Shown here in pieces: positions 11,901 to 23,900 of a stretch of 55,810 bases of DNA. The notes below the pieces were generated by a model, which was not told the DNA's origin, made no database searches, and saw nothing but the letters and a program-made list of their open reading frames with translations. How positions within the stretch are numbered: position 1 is the stretch's first letter; every line of letters begins with the position of its first letter. Source of the stretch: Narcine bancroftii (taxonomy: Eukaryota); the NCBI RefSeq assembly GCF_036971445.1, contig NC_091476.1, positions 66,100,191 to 66,156,000 of the forward strand. Direction: 5' to 3'. Position numbers and translations under genes: made by a program.

Positions 11901-14900
11901 CCTGCTCACGCCGCCTATCCACCACCACGTCGGCAGGGTCGGCCCCGGCGGTGAACCGCTCAATGGAGAAAATCTCGTGAATATGGTAGCAACCTGAGTC
12001 TCAGTGTGGGCACGGCGAAGGAGGTGATCATGGACGTCAGGAGGACCAGGGACAACTGTCCTCTGCTGCATGTTGGCAACTCTGCGGTGGAGAGAGCCTC
12101 ACTGGTCAGGAAGACGCAACGGTGACTGCACTTTCAGGGGATTCTGAAGCGGCCAAGGCTACCGGCCATCGCCACACCAACCTTCCACAGGAGCCTCTAT
12201 GGAGAGCGTCCCGGCCAGCTGCATCATGCAGAGAAATGGCTCTGAGGTCCATCCACAGGACCGTAAGAGCAGCGGAGAGGATCACTCCCCCATCGATGCA
12301 ATTGACCAGGATCATTGTCCGCAGAGGGCGTGCAAAATCATCGAGGATTGGCCCCCGCACATGGCTGCTCCTATTGGGGGAGGATCAGAGCCAGCACCAC
12401 CAGGCTGAGGGGTGGCTTCTCCCCGCCAGCAGCGAGAACGACCAAAGGAATGGCTCACACTCGCCCTCCGAGTATGCACGAACCGATGTTTATTTGCAGA
12501 GATGAAACACTTGTCAGTCTGTACGTGCGCTGTGCCCGGCTGTGCGTCTGCGTGTTTTGCCCCGAGGACAGTCGGGTCGTACTTGGGTGTTCAGACCAAC
12601 CGTCAACCTGGCTTATCTCCACGTGCTTCCAGGTCACACAGAACCCGCAAAATGTGGTGGCTCTCCACTGGCCTGACCTATCCTCCGTTCACACGAGCCA
12701 GCTCGAGCTTCTCTTCGAGAACATGGCCTGCCACCTGAAGAACTTGGCCAGGCAGAGGGACGACAACCTGGAGGTCAGTGGCTGCGAGCAGTGGTTGGGA
12801 GAGGGAGGGGGGAGGGCAGTGTTGCCATCTAATCCCACGTGGTCTTCCCTCCACCTCTGCGGACAGGGAATGTCACTTCTTGTTGGGGATGCTTTAGAAT
12901 GAGGCCCATTGAGGCCTGGCAGGGAAAAAGTGACAAGGGGGTAATAAGGGGTACTTCACATCGGACAACAAACTTTTTCCAAAGGTCTTGCTTCCTGAAG
13001 AAAAATTGGGGCTGACTGCACCTGGTGTAGCAGTCAGTGCAATGCCGTGACAGCACCTGGGACTGGGGTTCGAATCCCGCACTGTCTGTACGGAGTTTGC
13101 ACATTCACAAGACAAAGAAACAGAAGCTGGCCACTAGGCCCATTGAGTCTGTTCCGTAAATCTACACTGAGCTACTCTACACTAGTTCCAATTCCCCATA
13201 TCCCTCAATAATAAGATACGTGTCTATTTCTTGTTTAAATACTCCAGTGATCTGGCTTCCATTGCTGTATGCGGCAGCGAGTTCCACAGATCCACGACCC
13301 TCTGGCTAAAGAAGTTCTTTCTAATTTCTGTTTTATATGGATAACCTCTAATTTGCAGACTATGACCCCTTGTCCTCGATTCACCCACCAAGGGAAACAT
13401 CTTACCCACATCCACCCTATCTAAACCTTTCAAAATACGAAATGTCTCTATGAGATCTCTCATTCTCCTAGACTCCAATGTATATAACCTGAGCTGCCAA
13501 ACGCTCCTCGTATATTAGCCCTTGGATTCTGAGAATCATCCAAGTAAATCTCCTCTGCACCCTCTCCAACAACATCACATCCTTTCTAAGATAGGGGGCC
13601 CAAAACTGCACACAGTTCTCCAAATGGGGTCTCACAAGTGCCCCATAAAGCCTCATCAACGTTCTCCCCGTGCCTGCGTGCCCCCAGGGGGGGCTCCGGT
13701 TTCCTCCTGCGTACCTGGGGGGTGGGGGGGGTGGTGGAGGTTGATGGAGTGTTAATGTCCTTGAACGAGGCCCTGACTGAGTTCGTCATTGAACAGGGGG
13801 TAGCGGCTGTCCCTGAACCTGGTGAGTGTGAGTCTTGTGGCCCAGAGACCTCTTTCCTGACGGCAGCAGCGAGAACAGAGTGTGTGCTGGGCAGTGCAGG
13901 TCTTTGACGATCGCTGCTGCCCTCCGATGGAGGCGTTCCCCGTAGACCAGTGGTTCTTCCCACTCACATCCCACTTTAAGTGATCCCTCTGCCATTGATG
14001 CTCTGTGATTAGTGGGGGGTTGTTTAAGGAAGGAAGAAAGAGTTTGAATCGTTCCTCATGGACTCGTTATGTGCATGGTTTCAGAACTCCAAAGGACAAA
14101 TTTTTAACAAGCAAAATATTTCAGGTCAAGAGTGGTGATTCTCAACCACCCCTTCCCACCCACATCCCACCTTAAAAAAAAACCAACAGAGCCCTGGTGG
14201 CAGAGGGATTACTTAAAGTGGGAGGTGAGTGGGAAGAGAAAGGTTGAGAACCACAGGCCTAAAATTAAATCTAAAATGTGAGGAGCCCAGGGCTAGTCTT
14301 GGTCACCGAAGTAGAGCTCGTCAGCTTTCCCAATAAGTGCACTCGTGCTGCATCTCTGGGCCTCGACCGTGCACTCGCCACAGATGGAGCAGAGCGTGTC
14401 GCAGCTGCCGCGACGCTGATGAGACGTTTCCGCTGCATTGAATCTTCCTGAAGGCAATAAATGCTTAAGTACACTCACTAGGCTATGGCCTGACGAACGT
14501 GTGTATCAACATGCATTCAATCTTCAATCTCTCACCATGTAATACACAGCATCTGGATATGTGAGCTGTTTTTATTGCCAGCCTGCAGCTATCCTGACTC
14601 AGCATCCTCAGGCCTAAGACAACGTTTGCATAGCACCTGCATTAAGTGCACTCTTAGTGTGCTTGGAATGACCAAAATAGCTCACTGTGTGGGTGATATC
14701 TTTGGCTTGACTTCGCGGATGAAGATTTATGGAGGGGTAAATGTCCACATCAGCTGCAGGCTCGTTTGTGGCTGACAAGTCCGATGTGGGACAGGCAGAC
14801 ACGGTTGCAGCTGTTGCAGGGGAAAATTTGTTGGTTGGGGTTGGGTGTTAGGTTTTTCCTCCTTTGTCTTTTGTCAGTGAGGTGGGCTCTGCAGTCTTCT

Positions 14901-17900
14901 TCAAAGGAGGTTGCTGCCCGCCGAACTGTGAGGCGCCAAGATGCACAGTTTGAGGCGATGTCAGCCCACTGGCGGTGGTCAATGTGGCAGGCACCAAGAG
15001 ATTTCTTTAGGCAGTCCTTGTACCTCTTCTTTGGTGCACCTCTGACACGATGGCCAGTGGAGAGCTCACCATATAACACAATCTTGGGAAGGCGAAGGTC
15101 CTCCATTCTGGAGACATGACCTACCCAGCGCAGTTGGTTCTTCAACAGCGTGGATTTGATGCTGTCAGCCTCTGCCATCTCGAGTACTTCGATGTTAGGG
15201 ATGAAGTCGCTCCAATTAATATAGAAGACTTAAAATATGACAGGAAATCACAAAATAGGTTATAGCTAAAAAACGATACCTTTTAAGGTGATTTTTTTTC
15301 ATGATCAGCTGCTCCAAATCCATAAACTATGTCCAAACGTGTTCAGGAAGCAAAATCTTTGTTGTCCAGTGTTATTCCCCCCACTCCCGCCCTCCCTCCC
15401 TCTTCCCTGTGGGGACGGGTGTGATGTATTAGTTTATGTATTAATTATATTGAATGGGGAGTTCTAAATTGAGTGGGCGGGACCTGCCTTCCAGTGGGGG
15501 CAAAGCCTAACCGTCACCGTGGACGGAGCTTCATGGTGGGAGGAGCCTCCCCGACACTGTGCAGAGCCAACACGTTGCTGTGGGCGGATGCGGATCACTG
15601 TCGGCAGAGCCTCACATCTCTGTGGGCGGAGACTTGCCATCGCTGAAGGCGGAGCCTCCCCGTTGCCGTGGGCGGAGCCTCGCTGTCATCGTGGGCAGAG
15701 TCTCCGCATCACTATGGGCGGGACATCCCACGTTGGGGGGCGGGGAGGACAGGGATTATTTCCTTGTGAAGGGATCCACCTCCCTTCCACCAACCAGCCC
15801 TACCCCAGCTGTGGGAGGAGGAGGAGGGTCGTCTGCTGCCTTGATTTGTCTCCCCCCCCTTTCATCCCAGCATTGGTCTCTCCGTTCATCCCCCCCAGAG
15901 GATCATGGAGCTGACCCAAGAGCGGGAGCGGCTGCTCGGCGAGGCAGAGCCGTCCACTCGTGGCACGGGGGAGACCCACCAGAGCCTGAGCGTCCAGCTC
16001 GCCGACTCCAAGTCCAAACTGCGTCGTCTGCAGCACGAGCTGTGAGTACCTGGGTGGGGCGGGGTTGTCACATGGTCTCCCGGGCTCCGATTGGTCAGCC
16101 ATTCAGCCCATCGAACCTACCTTGCTATCCACTGCATTTGGATCGATCAACCCCCGCATCCCCCCAATATTGATCCCACAAGACATCGGAGCGGAATTCA
16201 GCCCATCGAGTCTGTCCCGCCATTCTAATTCCATCCTCCTGCCCAGCCTTCCCCGCAACCCTTAATGCCCCCGACTAATCAAATACCTGTCAATCTCTGC
16301 TTTAAGCACCCCCATCCACAGCAGCCCGTGACAACAAGCTCCTCCGACTCACTACCCTCTGGCTGAAGAAATTTTCCTGTGTCTCGGTTTTCAATTGGCC
16401 CCCTCTGGTCCAAGGCTCCCCGACTGTGGGAAACAGCCTTGCCACATCAACTCAGTCCAGGCCTTTCGGGATCACCCCTCCTCATTCTTATGTACTCCCA
16501 CAAGTACTGACAAGAGCTGACAAATACCCCCATTACGCTGACTCAGTGGTTCTCAATCTTTTTCGCTCCACTCACATCCCACTTTAAGTAATCCCTCTGC
16601 CATTGGTGCTCTGTAAGGGATTTGCTTAAGGTGGAATGTGGGTAAGTTTGAAAACCCACTGTTTTAATTGTCCCTCATGGACTCATCATGTGAAGGGTTT
16701 CAGTGCTCCCAAAGGAAATGGGCCGACGACAATTTTTCTCAAGCCAAATATTTTGGTAACAATTGAGTCTGGAGCAGTGATTCTCAACCTTCCCACTCAC
16801 ATCCCACCTTAACCAATCCCTTACTAATCACAGAGCATCGATGGCAGAGGGATTACTTAAAGTGGGATGTGAGTGGGAAGAGAAAGGTTGAGAACCAAGT
16901 AAGGGCATGGAGGATCTGGGAATACAGATACATAATTCTCTGAAAGTGGCATCACAGGTGGATGGGGTCGTAAAGGGAGCTTTTGGCACATTGATCTTCA
17001 TAAATCAAAGTATTGAGTTCATGAGCTGGGATGGTAAAGTTGTACAGGTACACAATCCTTTATCCAGACATCTAAAATCTGGAAAGCTTCAAAATCCAGC
17101 AAGTGGGGACACAAGTCGGGCGGGTGAGGAGCACAATTGGGGTGGGCTTAAATCTGGCTTTCCGAAATCCAGAATGCACTGTCCCCCAAGGGTTCCGGAT
17201 AAAGGATTGTGTACCTTCATTAAGACATTGAAGAGGCCAAATTTGGAGTATTGTATGCAGTTCTGGTTACCAAACAACAGGAAAGATATCAATAAGATAG
17301 AAGATTTACTCGGATGTTGCCCCTTAGAACATTTCAGCACTGAAACAGTGGTTCTCAACCTTTTTCTTTCCACTCACATCCCACTTTAAGTAATCCCTAT
17401 GCCGTCGGTGATCAGTAACGGGCTACTTAAGGTGGGATGTTAGTGGGAAGGGAAGGTTGAGAATCACTGCTTCAGATCTGATTGTTACTGAAATAATTTG
17501 ACTTGAGAAAAATTGTCCCATTTCCTTTGGGAGCTCTGAAACCCTGCACATGACGAGTCAATTGGGTATGATTAAAGTGCACAGGGTTTCAGAATTCCCA
17601 AAGGAAATGACAATTTTTCTCAAGCAAAATATTTCAGTAACAATCAGGTCCACAGCAGCCACCTTCCCACCCACATCCCACCTGAAGCGATCACTGATGG
17701 CAGAGGGATTACTTCAGGAGGGAGAAGGACTGGGCCAACCCTTTTGTTCCTGGTACCATTCTGGTAAGTGGGAGACGTGGTGGGCAGCTGTTAGAGTTCG
17801 AGCACCGTGCTGCCTGTCAGGGGTTTGAATCTTCTCCCCGTGTCTGCGTGTGCTTTTCCCGGGGGGGGTCCCACCATTTGAGAAAATGTACTGGGGAGGG

Positions 17901-20900
17901 AGGTGGAGGTTGATGGGGTGTAAATTTGGCAGCATGGACTCATGGGCCGAAATGTCCTGTTACCGTGCTGAATGTCTAAATAAATTTTTTTAAAATTATA
18001 ACTGAAATCTCCTCTGAACCCTCTCCAACACCAGCCCGAACTTTCTCAAATAAGGCACCCAAATCCGTCCACAAAACTCCAAGTGAGGTCCCACTCATCC
18101 TTTATAGACTCTCAACATCAGATCACAACATAAACAGACCTCCACCCTCCTTATTAACCCCAACATTCCCTCATTAACCCCTACATTCCACATTAACCCA
18201 TACATTTCCACATTAACTCTGACATTCCCTCATTAACCCCAATCGACGTTCCCACCTTAACCCCGACGTTCCCACCTTAACCCCGACGTTCCCACCTTAA
18301 CCCCTATATTCTCACATTAACCCTTACATTCCCTCATTAACCCCTGAGTTCCCTCATTAACCCCTGAGTTCCCTCATTAACCCCTGAGTTCCCTCATTAA
18401 CCCCTGAGTTCCCTCATTAACCCCAACATTCCCTCATTAACCCTGACTCACCCATGTTCAAGGACCCATCCCACCCTGTTACTCTCTGTTCTCCCCTCCC
18501 CCCCACTCCATCAGGCAGACCCTCCAGATTCCAGGATGGTGTCCTTCTTCCTATTTCTAGACTCTTGAACGGACCCTCCCACTGGCTGACATAGGATGCC
18601 CCTACACTGTACTTTCCCAGAGACACCCACCCCCCAACCTTTCTAGCACAAGACCTTGTAACCATCAGTAATGAAGTGAAGTCTGCAGCACGGTTACAGG
18701 CCATTTCCGCCCACCCAATTGCACCCCATTAACCAACAACCCCCCCCCCCCGGTAGATTTTGAATGGAGGTAGGAAACTGGAGGCCCCCGGAGGAAACCC
18801 ATGCAAACATGGGGAAAACGTACAGACTCTTTACAGACAGCATAACATTGGAATCCCGGTCACTGACGCTGTAACAGCATCATGCTGGCCCAAGGAGGAT
18901 GAATGGGGCAAGGGAGGAGAACAGGCCAACAGCCAAAAGGTGTAAATTGGACATGATGAGAGGAGAGGTGAGAATTGATCTTGGCTCCGCAAAAGGACGT
19001 GGGGAATAGGGAAGGGAGAGGGGGGGAGTGGGAGGAGATGGGGAGAGAGAGAGGATGAGAGGGAAGGAGACGGGGAAGAAGTGTGGGGAGGGGGGTTCTA
19101 AATGGAAACTGGAGGTCGACGTTAACACCGTCCGGTTGGAGGGAGCCCAGATGGAAGATGAGCCATTGTTCCTCCAATTTGCGGGCGGCCTCAGTCTGGC
19201 GGTGCACGAGACCACAGGCAGACCCATCAGCGAGGGGGTGGGGATGAGGAATTGAAATGGGTAGCCCCTGGGATATCCATTCACCATCAGATGACCAACG
19301 TGGAGAATGACCTGCCCTGGATAGCCTGCAAAACGAGGCTTCTCATTGCACGTGACAATAATGCCAAAAAGATTTAGATTCCATTTATCGTTACAAAGTT
19401 AAAGCAGCTTTTTTTCTGCTTTATGACCTGTAAAGACACACAAAAAGGCCCAATTTACACAGTTCATCTCTTGACTGAGGGTCACCTCAGAGATATCGAG
19501 GGTCTGTGAATCCTGACGCCTCTTTAACACCCTCCCCTCGGCTCCACGGGTCCCTGCCCAGCCTTGCGGTGCCTGGCGAAGACCCTCACCAGTCCACCCC
19601 CCCCATAACCTTTCACCTCCCACCCTCCACCCGGATTCATGGACGTCCCCAAAATCCCGGTGAGTTCCCTTGGCAGACACCGGTTGCAGCCCGTGGGTCT
19701 AAAGGTGGTCTCTCTGTGTGAGGCAGCGAGGAACAGAGTGAGCGTCTCCAGGACTGTAAGCAGGAGGTGCAGGACCTGAGGTCGGATTGCAAACATCTAC
19801 AGAAGCAGGTACAAAGTTCACCAGGCACTTACACATGGTCCCTTGATCGGTTTTGCGTATGTGATTCGGAAATACTCCCTTCAGGTTTCACATGCCCTCC
19901 CTAATGGAGGCGTCTCAATTAACCCATGGGCCAGCCCTTCATGGGGGTGGGGGGGAAAGGGGACACACAGAGTGAATCTCTCTCCGCACCGTCCCGTCAC
20001 ATACTCCTGGGGTCAGACACAGAGTGAAGCTCCATCTTCACCGTCCTATCACACACCCTGGATCAGACACAGAGCGAAGCTGCTGCTCTAGTCATCACTG
20101 AGAAGTTGGCTCATCGACCTCTGGCCCCTGACCTTTGACCTCTACCACCCGCCCACCCCCAGAACCGTGAGCTGGTGCTGGAGGCTCGGACCGCCCAGAC
20201 CTACAGGGACGAGGCGGATGTGCTGCGGGAGAAGGCTGCCCACATGGATCGACTGCAGCGGGAGGTGAAAGCTTACAAGGAACGTCTGAACAGCATCGAG
20301 TTCTACAAAGCAAAAGCGGAGGTACGGAGGGGTGGAGTGGACAGGCCTTGACGGCAGAAGGTTAGGGGCCCGTCACACTCATTGGTACACCAATGTCACC
20401 ACTTGTCAACATGGGCTCGCGTTGGTCCTGGGTTCCCCTGTCAATCAAGGCTCCAAAATGCCAAGCCAGACTCAGGAAACCTGGGGCCGCCAGAAATACC
20501 CATGGCCAGGATGCACCTTTTCTCTCCACTGAAGGAACCGAGGGCACAGTCACAGCTCAGAAAAGGAGCATGCGCGGGGTTCTCCGACACCCCCACCCCC
20601 CAACTCTAATGGCATTGCCCAGCCTACAGACCCTGGGATGCCCGCTAACATGGAAAGATTCGCCAAAGTTGGTCGACAAATTCCTGAAGCTTTAAGTTGT
20701 TAACATCCAATCTACAATAGATTTGATTTAATAAGTTTACTTTAAGACTTTGTTTCCCCGTGCGCACAGGCGAAATTCCGACTTGCGTCCGTTCCAAGAT
20801 ACGGCCGATCCTTCGGACCCAATTATGGTCGTAAGTCAAGGAGTATCCATTTAGCATCCATATCTTTCCTGTAGTGGAAAGATATGGATGCTAAATCCAG

Positions 20901-23900
20901 CATCCAATCCAGTATTGTGTTCAATCCAGGATTGAACACAATATTCTATTGGGGTTTCAAAGCCAGCCAGTAGGACCCTGTGGAGGTGCGAAGGGGAACC
21001 ATGACCTCCTTCCAGAGGCAATGGGCGGAGCGAGGAAAGATGACGGACAGATGGGGAAATTACCTGCTGCAATGCCCCCTGGTGGTGGGGAGGGGTGAGC
21101 TTTTGGTGTGTGATGACCCCTGGTGGTGGGGAGGAGTGAGAGTTGGTGTGTTATGACCCCTGGTGGTGGGGACAGGTGAGGGTCTGATGTATGATGATCC
21201 TTGGTGGGGAGGGGTTAGGGTCTGGTATATGATGCCCCCTGGTGTGGGGAGGGGTAAAGGTCTGGCATATGATGCCCCATGGTGGTGAGGAGGGGTGTGC
21301 ATCCAGTATGTGATGCACCCTGGTGGTGGGGAGGGGTGAGTGTCTGGTATGTGATGCTCCCTAGTGGTGGGGAGGGGGTGAAGGTCTGGTATATGATGCC
21401 CCCTGGTGGTGGGGAGGGGTGTGCATCCAGTATGTGATGCACCCTGGTGGTGGGGAGGGGTGAGTGTGTGGTATGTGATGCTCCCTAGTGGTGGGGAGGG
21501 GGTGAAGGTCTGGTATATGATGCCCCCTGGTGGTGGAGGGGTGAGAGCCCAGTATATGATGAACCCTGGTGGTGGGGAGGGTTGATGGTCTGGTGTGATG
21601 ATGACTCCTGGTGGTGGAAAGGGGATGAAGGACGGATGACGGACAGACGGAGAGGGAAGGTGTTGGGTCAACAGCCGCTGTGATGATCGCTGGAGGCGGG
21701 GAGGGTCGAGGCTCTAATTTGTGATGACTTCCCCCTTCCCCTGATCCGCAGGAGGAGAGAGAGTACAGCCGAGCCCTACTGGAGACCAAGACCCTGCTGG
21801 AGAAGGAGCTCGAAGCAGCCCGGACTCGCTGTGACAAGTTCCATGAACTGGAGGTGGAGAACCTACTACTGAGATCAGCCCTGGAAGACCTCGAGATGGT
21901 GAGGGATGTGAACAGGGCAGGTACAGTGGAACCACAGCACCAAAACAAGCCCTTCAGCCCATCTAGCCAGTGCCGGGCTATTACCTGCACCCAGACCACA
22001 GCCCTCCCATCCTCGTCCTCATCCCCCTCCCTCCCCCAATCCTGCTTTCTGGAGGACCTCGGCCGGACACGCTCCCTCCGTGGGTAGTGGAAGGGTGGTT
22101 GACGTCTCAGGCCCCCCCACCCGGCCCCTTCATCGAGGCACGAGCAAAGGAAATAAAGAGGCTGGGGGGGGGAGCATGGGCTCACGGGGAAGTTGGTTGG
22201 ATTCACGTGGGAAGGTAAGAGAGGTTCCCCTCCCCGAATGTTCCCTCATCTTTCACCCTGAGTCAAGAGGAGACAACAGAGGTGCATAGTGCAAGCCCTT
22301 CGGTCCTTGATGTTGTGCTGACCCATATATTCCTTAATAAAAAAGTTCTAAACCCGTAACCCTCTATTTTCCTTTCATCTGTGTGTCTGAGTCTCTTAAA
22401 TGCCCCCAAAGTTTCAGCCTCCACCACCATCCTCCAGCAAGGCGTTCCAGGCCCCCGTAACTCTGTGTAAAATAAACCCCCTCATCACTTTGTACAGACA
22501 TTGAATGGTGTTTGCTGACCCTGCCCTGGGAAAGAGGTGCTGGCCGTCCACCCTGTCTATGCCTCTCATAATCTTCTCAACCTCTATCAAGTCTTTTGCG
22601 CTCCAAAAACCCCAGCTCTGCCAACCCTGCCTCATAAAGACTTGTTTCCCCAATCCAGGCGACATCTTGGTGAATTCGCTCTCTGTAGCTTCCACATCCT
22701 TCCTGTAATGAGGTGAACAGAACTGAACACAATACTCCAAATGGGGTCTCAGATTCGTAGAGTTGTAACGTGACCTCTCGACCCCCGAACCCAATCCCCG
22801 AACTAATGAAGCCCGGCGTCCCACAGGCCTTCTTAACTACCCTATCAAGCTGAGAGCCATAGATAGGGTGGATGGCTAGTGGCTGTTTCCCAGGACGGGA
22901 ACAGCGAACACCGGAGATGTCTGTACAAAGTGAACGGATAGATTTTTCGTTTCACGTTGGGTGGTGGGCGCCTGGAATTCATCACCGGGGTTGATGGTGG
23001 AGGCTGGAACATGAGGGGCATGTGGATGGAAGAAAAATAGAGGGTTACAAGGTCATGCTTTTTGGTAGGTGGGTCAGCAAAACCTCGCGGGCTGAAGGGC
23101 CTGTACTGTTCTTGCCCTCTTGTTCTTACCTCTCCAAACCTCGAGGGGATAAGCCTGCTTACATTTAGATATAAATATCTGGAGACTCTGCCCACCTTTG
23201 GCTGTGTGACCGTGCGGCGGTGGGGCCAAGTGGGGAAATGGATCAGCTCATGATGGGCTGAATGGCCTGTTTCTGGTCCTACGTTTTATGGTCTTAAAAG
23301 GGCATGGCCTGGGTGGTGGGGTCCTTCGTGATCGAGGCTGCTTCCGCAATTGCATCGACATGGAGACCCCAGGACGGATCCCTGGAGGGGTTGTAGGGTC
23401 AGCCAGCGACCCAGGTTCGAACCGCCCCCTGCCCCCCGCGCGGCCTGCGAGGAGTTTGCACATTCTCCCCCCATGTCTGCGTGGGATCCCCCCAGCCCCC
23501 CATGGGATCCAGGCACCCAGCCCGAGCGCCGTCAACTCGGTTGCGGGTTGAGCGACCCACCCTCACCCCCAAGGCGGATTTATTTAAGATCCCGCGGCCG
23601 CAGTGGGGGGGAGGTCTGGGCCCGGAATGGCGGCACCCAGCAGGGGTCGCAGAACCCCGGGGAAGCAGAAGGCTGGCGTGAGGCGCCAGGAAGTGGGAGA
23701 GCCGCTCCCCACCCTTCACCCACGGGGGATCTGAGAAGGAGAAGCGGAGGAGATACAAGCAACGCGCGATTCGAACCCCGGGTGCCGGCCCCTTAATAAT
23801 TAAAATGCAAGCAGGCTTTTTCCAATGACGGACGAGGCAAGAGGAAGTGGGGGGGGTCCTCGTCACGGTTCATCACCCCCCGCCCGGCGGGCGCTCCGAT

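Noticed and set aside
13020-13106. tRNA-like sequence with GGTTCGAATCCC
   Set aside because: It is the tRNA-derived head of a SINE that continues into the V-SINE core. No complete cloverleaf is evident.
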